A stretch of DNA of 64,000 bases from Dehalococcoidia bacterium. GTDB lineage: Bacteria; Chloroflexota; Dehalococcoidia; Bin125. The position numbers were made by a program, and so were the translations under genes. The stretch is from contig OY820591.1 of the NCBI GenBank assembly GCA_963555985.3, positions 2,592,001-2,656,000 on the forward strand, given 5' to 3'. Position 1 is the first letter of the stretch. Each line of letters starts with the position of its first letter. Shown one piece after another: positions 18,794 to 28,233 of the stretch. The notes beneath the pieces were generated by a model, which saw only the letters and a program-made list of their open reading frames with translations, had not been told where the DNA came from and did no database searches.

Positions 18794-20806
18794 TTAGGCC
18801 GGATAGTCCTCGTGGGTGGTGTCGAGCCAGGCCTCGTCGAAGAGGTGTGAGGCGTGGGCGAACTGGATCGTGTCATCGGGCCGGTGCATGTACGGCCACC
18901 AGACGCTGCGCTGGACGGCATTCATGACGCCAAAGGATGCGAAGATGCCGTCCAGACCGTGATCCGAATCGACTCCCATGCCAATCTGCTGGATTTTCCG
19001 CGCCATCGTCTTGCGCTCCTCGGTGTCGAGCGTGACCTGCATCTCCTGGACAATCTCGGAGACGGGCTCGTACTCGTAGTGCCAGAGGTTGGTGGACCCG
19101 CCAGGCAGGAGTTGACGCACCCAGTCGCCGGTGGGATCGAGGTCCGAGGGCGGGTTGGTCCACTGCGGCCCGCTTCCGGGATACGTACCGTCCTGCAGCC
19201 GCTGGAGAATGACCGTATACGGCTGAACGTCCCAGTGGATCGGAATCCCGAGCGCCTCCTCATACATCGTCTTCTCTGTTTCGAGGATGCCGGCGGAGGT
19301 CGATTCCCAGAGATCTGGGGCGATGATCGTCAGGGTTCGGTCCTTGTCGTAGCCGGTGGCGTCAATCAGTTCGCGCGCCAAAGCCACGTCGAGGTCTCGG
19401 TCTGGCCGATAACCGGGGAAGGTGATGAGCTCGTCCTGCGGGATGCCCCAAGCCGTGTTGAACCAGGGGCACATTTCGTTCGCGCTGATCTTGGCCGAGC
19501 CGAGATAGACAGCATCGATCATCAGGTAGCGATCGAGGGCCACATGGAAGGCGTAGGCGAATCGGCGATCGAGCCAGGGATTGCCCAGACCGTCTTCCCC
19601 CGGCCAATCGGGATTGAAGTTGGCCCAGTTGGTGATGATCGTGTAGCCGAAGGCGACCTCTGCCGTTGGATGTTCGGGGAAGTCCTTCGAGATTTCATCG
19701 ACCTGGAGAGCCGTGAGCGGCCAGTCGCCGTACATCAGCTCGTTGCTGCGGTAGGCGGTTTCGACCGCGGTCGGATCGGTGATCCGGTCCATGCGGAAGC
19801 CGTCAGGATAGGGAAGCATGCCGCCGTCGGCGCCCGGCTTCCAATAGTTAGAGTTGGCCACCATGTTGATCGCGATGTCGGGGTCATAGTCGACCGGGAT
19901 GTACGCGCCGGTGCCAGAGGAGAGTTCGACATTCTGCGCTTCATCGCGCCAGCGGTCGCCGAACTCGGCCATTGCCTCGGGTGATGTGATCCAGGAGAAC
20001 GGCCGCAGGATCGCGCCGAGATAGGTTGCGTCAGCGCCGTCCGTCTTGGCGATGAAGGTGGTTTCGTCGGGCGTGTCCATCGAGACGGTCTTGCGGAAGG
20101 CGTCGGCGCCGAGGAACGTGCCGTCCTCCGCGCCGGTGGCGTCGACCGCATCGATCTGGCGCTGGAAGTTGGCGACGATGTCTTGCGAGGTCACCAGCCG
20201 TCCGCCCTCAGTGGGATAACGATCCCAGAAGCTGGCACCCTGATCGAGCAGGAAGATGTATGTCTCGTTGTCGGGGATCTCGGGCAGGGCGGCGACATCG
20301 GCCTCCATGATCCCCTTCTCCTTGTTCCGCCAACGGATGAGGTAGTTCATGTACAACCCCATCCAGTACTGGACCGGACCGAAGACGCCGCGGTGCGGGT
20401 CGAAGTAGTCCATGTCCATCGGCCCGGAAAAGCGCAGCGTGCCGCCGCGGATGATGTTCGAGGCGACCGCTGCCTGCTGCTGGTCAGCCGCTTGATCGTC
20501 CGCCGTCGCTTCTTGCTGGTCGGCTTGCTCTGCCTGCTCGGCCGCCGCCTGTTGCTGCTGCTCCTGCGCCTGTTGCTCTGCCGCCTGCTGCTGTTGCCGA
20601 CCCTGAGTCTGTCGTTCGGCCGCTTGCTGTTGTTGCCGCTCTTGTTGGGCAACCTGCGAGACCGCGCCGCCGTCGTCATCGTCGTCGCCGCAGCCAACGA
20701 GTGCGAGGCCGGCAGCGCCAACCCCAGCTCGCCCCGAGGCGCGCAGGAGCGCCCGCCTGCTCATTCGGCTCCGCCGCATTCGCTGCCAGTAGTTGCGTTC
20801 CTGCAT
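18794..20806 (-). CDS. Family-5 ABC substrate-binding lipoprotein 3
   Basis: Leader MQERNYWQRMRR..SRRALL..LVGC, Q-rich linker, RGGTL and SGTGAY. Confidence 0.92.
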   Translation of the reverse strand: MQERNYWQRMRRSRMSRRALLRASGRAGVGAAGLALVGCGDDDDDGGAVSQVAQQERQQQQAAERQTQGRQQQQAAEQQAQEQQQQAAAEQAEQADQQEATADDQAADQQQAAVASNIIRGGTLRFSGPMDMDYFDPHRGVFGPVQYWMGLYMNYLIRWRNKEKGIMEADVAALPEIPDNETYIFLLDQGASFWDRYPTEGGRLVTSQDIVANFQRQIDAVDATGAEDGTFLGADAFRKTVSMDTPDETTFIAKTDGADATYLGAILRPFSWITSPEAMAEFGDRWRDEAQNVELSSGTGAYIPVDYDPDIAINMVANSNYWKPGADGGMLPYPDGFRMDRITDPTAVETAYRSNELMYGDWPLTALQVDEISKDFPEHPTAEVAFGYTIITNWANFNPDWPGEDGLGNPWLDRRFAYAFHVALDRYLMIDAVYLGSAKISANEMCPWFNTAWGIPQDELITFPGYRPDRDLDVALARELIDATGYDKDRTLTIIAPDLWESTSAGILETEKTMYEEALGIPIHWDVQPYTVILQRLQDGTYPGSGPQWTNPPSDLDPTGDWVRQLLPGGSTNLWHYEYEPVSEIVQEMQVTLDTEERKTMARKIQQIGMGVDSDHGLDGIFASFGVMNAVQRSVWWPYMHRPDDTIQFAHASHLFDEAWLDTTHEDYPA

Positions 20807-20978
20807 TGAATCCGCTCCATTCCTGAGACCGCGTATGCCGCAGCTTCAGCCGGTAATGGGCGAGATCATATATCAGACGCCGAGCCTTTGCACAAGGTCC
20901 CCTTCGGTCGCTGATGCCGTGGCGCTCGGCGGAGCTGTGTTTGCACGCCCCCCGCGCCGCAGGGGGCCGTGGCGGCAC

Positions 20979-22991
20979 TTAGGCGGGGTAGTCCGGGTGG
21001 TTGACGTCAATCCAGGATTCGTCGTAGCGGTGGCTGGCGTGGGCGAACTGGAGGATGTCGTCGCTGTGGTGGACGAACGGCCACCAGAGCACCGGTGAGA
21101 TGCCGTTCATCACGCCGGGGATTGTGGTGATGCCGTCCAAGCCGTGGTCGGGATGCGTGCCGAGCAGGATCCGCTGCGCGGTGTGGGACATATCCCGCCG
21201 CTTCTCGCGATCGAGCGTGACGCGCATCTCGCGGGCCAGGTCCGCCATCGGCTCATAGCCGTAGAAGAGCGTGTTGACCGAGCCCTCGGGCGTGAAGAAG
21301 TCGTTATAGGGCGCGGTCGGGTCGAGCTCGGCGGGCGGATTGCCCCACTGCGGACCGCTGCCCGGGTAAGTCCCGTCGACGAAGCGCTGGAGAATCACCG
21401 TGTAGGGTTGCACGTCGAACTCGACCTCGAGGTCAAGCGCATTGCGGTACATCCCCACTTCGGTCTCCAGCACGCCGGGATAGGTGGACTCCCAGAGGTC
21501 GGGCGCGATCATGCGCAGACCGCGGCTGCGGTCGTAGCCGGAGGCGTCGAGCAGCGCCCGCGCTTCGGCGATGTCGGTCTCGCGGTCGGGCCGGAAGCCC
21601 GGCGTCTGCAAGAGTTCCTCATCGGGAATCGCCCAATAGGTGCTGTACCAGGGCGTGTCGTGCAGGCCTGAGGGCTTGCCTGAGCCGAGATAGACCGTAT
21701 CGATCATCAGGTACGGGTCGACGGCGATACCCAGGGACTTGGCGAAGCGTCGGTCGAGCCAGGGGTTGCCCAAACCGTCCTCACCAGGCCAGTCTGGGTT
21801 GTAGTTGACCAGCGTGATGATCGTGAACCCGAACGCGATCTGGCCGTGGTTGTGGTCCGGGAAGTCTTCAACAATGCCCTCGGCCTGGAGCGTCGTGAGT
21901 GGGAAGCGCCCGTTGAGGATCTCTTTGCCGCGGTAGGCGGCGTCGATCGTGGTCGAGTCCTCCATGTTCGCCAGGGTGACGGAGTCGTAATAGGGCAGCG
22001 GTTGGCCGTCGAGCCCCATCTTCCAGTAGTCGGGGTTGCGGATCATGCTCAGGCCGATATCGGGGTCGTAGCTCTGGGGAATAAACATCCCGGTGCCGGA
22101 GGAGAGCTCGATGTTGCCCGCCTCATCGCGCCAGCGGTCGCCGAACTCACGGATCGCCTCGGGGCTGGTGATCCAGCTGAAGGGTCGCAGCGGGACGCCG
22201 ATCCAAGTCGCATCGGGGCCGTCCGTCCTAGCGACCCAGGTGGTGTCGTCGGGCACGTCCATCGAAGCGGTGCGGCGGAACGCGCCCGAGCTGAGGAAGG
22301 TGCCGTCATCGGCGCCGGTCGCATCCACCGCGTCGATCTGGCGCTGGTAGTTGACGCGGATGTCCTCGGATGTCACCAGCCGCCCGCCCTCGGTCGGATA
22401 CTGATCCCAGAAGCGCGCGCCCTGGTCAATGCTGAAGATGTAGGTCTCGTCGTCAGGAATCTCCGGCAGCGAGGCGATGTCTGGCTCGGCGAGGTCCTGT
22501 TCCTTGTTGCGATAGCGGATGAGGTAGTTCATGTAGAACCCCATCCAGAACTGGGTCGTGCCGAACACGCCGCGGCCCGGGTCGAAGTAGTCGTGCGTCG
22601 CCGCCGGCGTGGAGAAGGTCAGATCGCCGCCGCGGACGATCTCCGACACCATCGCCTGCTGTTGTTCTTCAGCATCGGCGACCGTCTGTTCCTGCTGGTC
22701 GGCCTGCTCTGCCTGCTGCTCGGCGGCCGCCTCCTGTTGCTCTTGCCGAGCTTGCTGCTGCGCGGCCTGCTGCTGTTGTCGCTGCTGGGCCTGCTGTTGC
22801 ATCGCCTGCTGTTGCTGCTGACGCTGCGCGGCGGATTGGGAAACCGACTGCTGACTGTCGTCGTCATCGTCGCCGCAGCCGACCAGCGCCAATCCGGCCG
22901 CGCCGACGCCGGCGCGACCCGAGGCGCGCAAGAGCGCACGCCTGCTCATTTGCTTCCACCGCATTCGCTGCCAGTAGTTTCGCTCACTCAT
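20979..22991 (-). CDS. Family-5 ABC substrate-binding lipoprotein 4
   Basis: Same leader, with GAGGAGAGG RBS before ATG 22991. Motif RNPDYW. Confidence 0.92.
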   Translation of the reverse strand: MSERNYWQRMRWKQMSRRALLRASGRAGVGAAGLALVGCGDDDDDSQQSVSQSAAQRQQQQQAMQQQAQQRQQQQAAQQQARQEQQEAAAEQQAEQADQQEQTVADAEEQQQAMVSEIVRGGDLTFSTPAATHDYFDPGRGVFGTTQFWMGFYMNYLIRYRNKEQDLAEPDIASLPEIPDDETYIFSIDQGARFWDQYPTEGGRLVTSEDIRVNYQRQIDAVDATGADDGTFLSSGAFRRTASMDVPDDTTWVARTDGPDATWIGVPLRPFSWITSPEAIREFGDRWRDEAGNIELSSGTGMFIPQSYDPDIGLSMIRNPDYWKMGLDGQPLPYYDSVTLANMEDSTTIDAAYRGKEILNGRFPLTTLQAEGIVEDFPDHNHGQIAFGFTIITLVNYNPDWPGEDGLGNPWLDRRFAKSLGIAVDPYLMIDTVYLGSGKPSGLHDTPWYSTYWAIPDEELLQTPGFRPDRETDIAEARALLDASGYDRSRGLRMIAPDLWESTYPGVLETEVGMYRNALDLEVEFDVQPYTVILQRFVDGTYPGSGPQWGNPPAELDPTAPYNDFFTPEGSVNTLFYGYEPMADLAREMRVTLDREKRRDMSHTAQRILLGTHPDHGLDGITTIPGVMNGISPVLWWPFVHHSDDILQFAHASHRYDESWIDVNHPDYPA

Positions 22992-23067
22992 GGAACCTCT
23001 CCTCGGAGCTGCATTGGTCGAACCTCGATTGCGGAAGGCTAGTGATTTTGAATCGGCCTCTCCGCCG

Positions 23068-23103
23068 CAAACAAGAGAGGGGGCGGCAACTGCCGCCCCC
23101 TCT
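23068..23103 (-). terminator. Intrinsic terminator after SBP5
   Basis: Perfect stem AGAGGGGGCGGC/GCCGCCCCCTCT followed on the minus strand by CTTGTTT. Confidence 0.7.
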
Positions 23104-23125
23104 TCATACCGGCACCCAGCGGTAG

Positions 23126-25144
23126 CTAGGCCGGGTAGTCGGGGTGGGTGGTGTCGAGCCAGGCTTCGTCGTAGCGGTGTGAGGCGTGGGCGAACTGGAG
23201 CGTGTCGGCGGGGCGTTCCACGTACGGCCACCAGATCGCGGGCGAGATCCCGTTCATCACCGCCGGTGCGAAGCCGAGCCCGTCGACGCCGTGGTCGGGG
23301 TGAGTGGCGAGCAGGATGCGCTGGGCTTCGTAAGCCATGTCCCGCCGTGCTTCCCGATCGAGCGTGACCCGCATCTCCTCGGCGAGCTCGGTGAAGGGCT
23401 GGTACTCGTAGGAGAGGTTGTTGGTCGCGCCGCCGGGCGTGAGGTTCTGGAGGTAGGAGGTGGTGGGATCAAGGTCGTCGGGCGGGTTGGTCCACTGCGG
23501 GCCGCCGCCCGGGTAGGTCTTGGACACCCAGCGCTGGAGCAACACGGTGTAGGGCTGGATGTTGAAGTTGACTTCGATCCCCAGCGCCTCCTCGTACATG
23601 TTCTTCTCGGTTTCGAGGATGCCCTGGTAGGTCTGCTCCCAGATGTCGGGGGCGTAGAGGATCAGGGGACGATCCTTGTCGTATCCGGAAGCGTCGAGGT
23701 AGGCGCGGGCATCGGCGATGTCGGCGTTGCGGTCGGGCCGATAACCGGGCGTGGCGAGCAGTTCTTCCTCGGGAATCGCCCAGTACTGGTTGAACCAAGG
23801 CGTGTGTTCCTGGCCGGAGGGCTTGCCGGAGCCGAGATAGACGGCGTCGATCATGAGGTAGCGGTCAACCGCGAGGTGGAGGGCGTAGCAGAAGCGGCGG
23901 TCGAGGTAGGGATTGCCCAGACCGTCCTCGCCGGGCCAGTCGGGGTTGTAGTTGAAGATGCCGGTGATGATCGTGAAGCCGAAAGCGACCGTGCCTTGCG
24001 GGTGGTCGGGGAAGTCGGCGCCGATCGTTTCCGCCTGGAGGCTCGAGAGCGGGAAGCCGCCGACGTCGATTTCGTTGCTGCGGTAGGCGGCCTCGACGGC
24101 AGTGGGATCGGTCAGGTTCTTCATCCCGATCCCGTCCATGTAGGGCAGCGGTTGGCCGTCGGCGCCCATCTTCCAGTAGTTGTCGTTGCGCATCATGTCG
24201 AGCCCGAGATCGGGGTCGTAGTTAGTCGGGATGTAGGGGCCGGTGCCGGAGGAGAGTTCGACATTGCCGGCTTCGTCGCGCCAGCGGTCGCCGAATTCCT
24301 GGATCGCCTCGGGCGAAGTGATCCAGGAGAAGGGACGCAGGACCGGACTGCCGAGGTAGGTGGCGTCGATGCCGTCGCTCTTGGCGATGAAGATGGTCTC
24401 GTCGGGCGTCTCCATCGAGGCGGTCTTCTGGAAGGCGGACGCGCCGAGATAGGTGCCGTCAGGAGCGCCGGTGGCGTCGGTGGCGTCGATCTGGCGCTGG
24501 AAGTTCGCGCGGATGTCCTCGGAGGTGACAAGCCGGCCGCCTTCGGTGGGATATTGATCCCAGAAGCGAGCGCCGCGGTCGATGGAGAAGATGTAGGTGA
24601 CTTCGTCGGGCTGTTCGGGCAGCGAGGCAATGTCGCTCTCGAGGATGCCCTTCTCCTTGTTCTGGTAACGGATGAGGTAGTTCATGTAGAACCCCATCCA
24701 GAACTGGGTCGGGCCGAAGACCGCGCGGTGCGGGTCGAAGTAGTCGTGCGTGGCCGCCGGCGTGGAGAAGCGCAATGTGCCGCCGCGGGTGATATCGGAA
24801 GCGGCCACTTGCTGCTGCTGTTGTTCGGCGGCCTCGGCAACCGTCTGCTCTTGCTGCTCAGCTTGCTGGGCGGCCTGCTCGGCGGCTTGCTGCTGCTGCG
24901 CCTGTTGCTGCATGGCCGGCTGCTGTTGCTGCTGCTCGGCCTGCTGCTGCGCGGCGGCTTGCCGTTGCTGCTGTTGCTGCTGCGCCTGCGCCGCAGTCTG
25001 CTGACCGTCATCGTCATCGTCGCCGCAGCCGACCAGGGCCAGACCCGCCGCGCCGATGCCGGCGCGTCCCGATGCGCGCAAGAGCGCCCGCCGGCTCATC
25101 CGATTGCGCCGCATCCGTTGCCAGTAGTTGCGTTCGCTTGACAT
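23126..25144 (-). CDS. Family-5 ABC substrate-binding lipoprotein 5
   Basis: Same leader and linker. Motifs RGGTL, SGTGPY and RNDNYW. Confidence 0.92.
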   Translation of the reverse strand: MSSERNYWQRMRRNRMSRRALLRASGRAGIGAAGLALVGCGDDDDDGQQTAAQAQQQQQQRQAAAQQQAEQQQQQPAMQQQAQQQQAAEQAAQQAEQQEQTVAEAAEQQQQQVAASDITRGGTLRFSTPAATHDYFDPHRAVFGPTQFWMGFYMNYLIRYQNKEKGILESDIASLPEQPDEVTYIFSIDRGARFWDQYPTEGGRLVTSEDIRANFQRQIDATDATGAPDGTYLGASAFQKTASMETPDETIFIAKSDGIDATYLGSPVLRPFSWITSPEAIQEFGDRWRDEAGNVELSSGTGPYIPTNYDPDLGLDMMRNDNYWKMGADGQPLPYMDGIGMKNLTDPTAVEAAYRSNEIDVGGFPLSSLQAETIGADFPDHPQGTVAFGFTIITGIFNYNPDWPGEDGLGNPYLDRRFCYALHLAVDRYLMIDAVYLGSGKPSGQEHTPWFNQYWAIPEEELLATPGYRPDRNADIADARAYLDASGYDKDRPLILYAPDIWEQTYQGILETEKNMYEEALGIEVNFNIQPYTVLLQRWVSKTYPGGGPQWTNPPDDLDPTTSYLQNLTPGGATNNLSYEYQPFTELAEEMRVTLDREARRDMAYEAQRILLATHPDHGVDGLGFAPAVMNGISPAIWWPYVERPADTLQFAHASHRYDEAWLDTTHPDYPA

Positions 25145-25272
25145 GTCGCTTGCTCCCATCGCTAGGTTTCGCAGATTGTAGTAGGACGCAACTGAACGTG
25201 CACGTCAAAATCGGTCCACCGCCGGAAGCCGCAGCGAACTGCGGGAAGACGAACGAAACGGATAGCGATCGC

Positions 25273-26517
25273 CTATCGCGCCCCGCGCAGACGCGGATCG
25301 AGCACGTCGCGGAGCGCGTCACCCAAGACATTGAACCCGAACACCAGCGAGGTCAGGGCGAGACCGGCAAAAAGCGACGTCCAGGGCGAATAGACGATGA
25401 ACTGCCGCCCATCGGCGATCATCTTGCCCCAGGAGACATCGAGCGTGCCCAGACCGAGGAAACTGAGCGCGGCTTCGGCGAGGATGAAGGCGCCGATGGT
25501 GATGGAGAAGATCACGATCAGCGGCGCGAAGAGGTTGGGCAGAATGTGCAGGCCCATGATCCGAACGGAGGAAGCGCCGATCGTGCGCGCCGCTTCGATG
25601 TAGGGCAGCTCGCGAATCTGGAGCACGCTGCCGCGCACGATCCGGTTCGTCGGCGCAATCGCAAGCACCGCCAGCGCGAGCGTGACCCAGAGCGCCGAGG
25701 GGTCGGTCAGCGAGGCGATCAGGAGCAGGAAGACGATCGGCGGATAGGACTGAATGGCGTCCATGATGCGGTTGACGGAGAGGTCGACCGTGCCGCCCAG
25801 CGAGCCGGCGACCAGGCCGATCACAGTACCGGCGCCGACGCCGATCAGCGTGGCGAAGAAACCAATGTAGAGCGATAGCCGCGCGCCCTCGAAGACGCGG
25901 GCGAAAAGATCATGACCGGCGCGGTCGGTGCCGAACCAGTGCGCGCCTGAGGGGTCCTGCAACGAGGCGGCGGTCAGCGGGTTGTCCGTACCTGTCGCAA
26001 GCAGTGCGTCAACATCGACTATCTTGCCGCCGTCGATTTCAATCTGTTCGGCGTCGACGAGCGTATCGAGCAGCGTGCCTTCCTCAACGTGTTCGAGGGC
26101 GTACGCGACCATTTCGGCGGCGACGCCCTGATCGGTAGCGGCGTCTCCGTAGATTGCCGGGTCGGAGACGATTGCGCGCAGTTCGGCGTCAGAGAGCTCC
26201 GCGTCGAGGCCGTCAAGGGCATTCGCGATCTTGTCGTCGGCGTAGGTGGCCGAGGCGACTTCAAAGACAGTGCGCGAGTCGTAGCGGCCAACGCCCAACC
26301 AGCCGCCGCCGTCGCCAACAGTACCGATAGCGATCACGCTCCAGAAGACGACGAGCAGGAGTCCGGCTGCGCCGAGCCGCTTGGTGCGCGTGAAATCGAC
26401 CAGCCAGCGCAGGGCGCGGCGCAGCCCGCCCGCGTCGTCTACACGCAGACCCTGAGAGACGGCGAATTCTTCGAGCGACTCGTCGATCGCTGTGCTGCCG
26501 GCAGGTGACTCGCTCAT
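25273..26517 (-). CDS. DppC/OppC-like ABC permease with large extracytoplasmic insert
   Basis: Motifs HWFGTDRAGHD, YIEAARTIGA and GDALRDVLDPR. Confidence 0.93.
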   Translation of the reverse strand: MSESPAGSTAIDESLEEFAVSQGLRVDDAGGLRRALRWLVDFTRTKRLGAAGLLLVVFWSVIAIGTVGDGGGWLGVGRYDSRTVFEVASATYADDKIANALDGLDAELSDAELRAIVSDPAIYGDAATDQGVAAEMVAYALEHVEEGTLLDTLVDAEQIEIDGGKIVDVDALLATGTDNPLTAASLQDPSGAHWFGTDRAGHDLFARVFEGARLSLYIGFFATLIGVGAGTVIGLVAGSLGGTVDLSVNRIMDAIQSYPPIVFLLLIASLTDPSALWVTLALAVLAIAPTNRIVRGSVLQIRELPYIEAARTIGASSVRIMGLHILPNLFAPLIVIFSITIGAFILAEAALSFLGLGTLDVSWGKMIADGRQFIVYSPWTSLFAGLALTSLVFGFNVLGDALRDVLDPRLRGAR

Positions 26518-26544
26518 GTAGAGACCTCGTGCCTCGATGCCAGG

Positions 26545-28026
26545 CTAGGCGTAACGGATGCGCGGGTCGATCAGCGCGTAGCTGATGTCGACCAGGATGT
26601 TGATGACGATCACAAAGAGGGCGAGGAAAAAGACGATCGTGGCGATCACGGGCGTGTCGGCTTGGTAGATGCGCTGCAAGAGGGCGAGACCGACGCCGGG
26701 AATGTTGAACAACACCTCCAGAATGATGTTCCCGCCGACCAGCGCCGCCGCCTGGAGTCCGAACACGCTGAGCACGGGCACCATCGCATTGCGCAGCGCG
26801 TGGCGGCGGATCACGGAGCGCTCGCGCAGACCTTTCGACCAGGCTGTGCGGACGTAATCCTGACGCAAGACTTCAAGCAGCTCGGAGCGGGTGATGCGCA
26901 TCAACCCAGCTCCGGCGGCGATGCCGCCGGCGACGGCAGGGATGGTATAGAGCGCAAAGAACCCGGGTACCGAGGTGAAGATGCTGCGCGCCTCCTCTTC
27001 CGCGAGCGGAATCGACCAGAGACCGCCGTCGAAGAGCGAACCGGGCGAGACCACGAAGATCAACATCGTCGCGGTCCAGAAGGGCGGCGCGGCGAGCGCG
27101 AAGATCGCGAAGCCGCGCAGCAGGTAATCGGGCGCGCGGTCCTGCCGCATGGCGGAGTAGACGCCCACCGGGAGCGCGACGATCACGGCCACGATCAGGG
27201 CGTAGATGTTGAGATGGAGCGTACGCGGAAGCGTGCGCAGGAAGATGTCCATCGACGGTTCATTGGTCTGGAACGACGGCCGGAACTTGAGCCGGATCGT
27301 GTCCCAGATGAACTCGATGTACTGGATGCCGAGCGGCTTGTCGAGTCCCAGTCGGTGCTTCACCGAACTCTCGGTGATCTCGCGCGTAGGAGCGATGATC
27401 GTCGCACCGGGCAGCAGCGGTGTCTCGGCGGTCAGTGAACCGTCTTCGTTAGACGGTGTGCCGACGAGATTGACGTTCAGATAATCCTCAGCGGTGACAC
27501 GGTTGACCTTCGCAAGTTCATTAATGGTCGTGGACTCGCGCAGGGTCAGGATGCTGCCGCCGGGCGCGTAGGGTTCGCCAGCGAACGTGGGGAAGTCAAT
27601 CTGGGGGTTGCGCTCGATCAGCAACGCCACGCCCTGATCGGTCTCCTCAGGCAGCGCGAGCCGCTGCTGCTTGGAGATCACCGAGAGCAGTTGGCCGTCG
27701 ATGATGATGAGGTTGCTGCCGGGCCGCAGCTCGGAGTCGACGTCATAGCGCGGATTGAGTCCGAGGATGTGGTCGGCGCCGATCCCGTACTGGAGCGCGA
27801 GCGACTCGATCGTGTCTCCGGCCACGACGCGGTGGAGGGTGCGATCAGCCTCGATTTCGCCGACGATCTCGGCCGGCTGCGTGGTCGCGCCGGAAGCTTC
27901 GAGGTTGGAAAGTTTGATCGTGACGTAGTCGCCGGGCAGGAGGTTGACGCCCAAGAAGAGCAGGGAGATCACCAGCCAAAGGGTGGGGATCACGAGCAGA
28001 ATGCGGCGAATCAGGTACTTCTGCAT
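26545..28026 (-). CDS. DppB/OppB-like ABC permease with three LysM-like domains
   Basis: LysM HRVVAGDTIESLALQYGIGADHILGLNP. Motifs DYVRTAWSKGL and DPRIRY. Confidence 0.92.
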   Translation of the reverse strand: MQKYLIRRILLVIPTLWLVISLLFLGVNLLPGDYVTIKLSNLEASGATTQPAEIVGEIEADRTLHRVVAGDTIESLALQYGIGADHILGLNPRYDVDSELRPGSNLIIIDGQLLSVISKQQRLALPEETDQGVALLIERNPQIDFPTFAGEPYAPGGSILTLRESTTINELAKVNRVTAEDYLNVNLVGTPSNEDGSLTAETPLLPGATIIAPTREITESSVKHRLGLDKPLGIQYIEFIWDTIRLKFRPSFQTNEPSMDIFLRTLPRTLHLNIYALIVAVIVALPVGVYSAMRQDRAPDYLLRGFAIFALAAPPFWTATMLIFVVSPGSLFDGGLWSIPLAEEEARSIFTSVPGFFALYTIPAVAGGIAAGAGLMRITRSELLEVLRQDYVRTAWSKGLRERSVIRRHALRNAMVPVLSVFGLQAAALVGGNIILEVLFNIPGVGLALLQRIYQADTPVIATIVFFLALFVIVINILVDISYALIDPRIRYA

Positions 28027-28061
28027 CTCGCGCTTCGGCCCCTCCTAAGGTGAGTCTTGCA

Positions 28062-28207
28062 ACCCTGCTCTCCCCCGCGCTGCGGGGCGAGCGGTCGCGG
28101 AGCGACGGAGGGGGGTTGCCGCAATCAGGCTCGCAGACGCCTCAGCGGCCGCACCGGACCCCTCTCAGTCCCTTCGGGACAGCTCCCCCCGCAGTGCGGG
28201 GGGAGCG
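28062..28207. repeat. REP-like palindrome, family B (inverted pair)
   Basis: CTCTCCCCCGCGCTGCGGGGCGAG...GAGGGGGG and CCCCTCTCAGTCCCTTCGGGACAGCTCCCCCCGCAGTGCGGGGGGAGC. Confidence 0.7.
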
Positions 28208-28233
28208 CTTGATTTGTCGTCGGCGCGGCCTTC

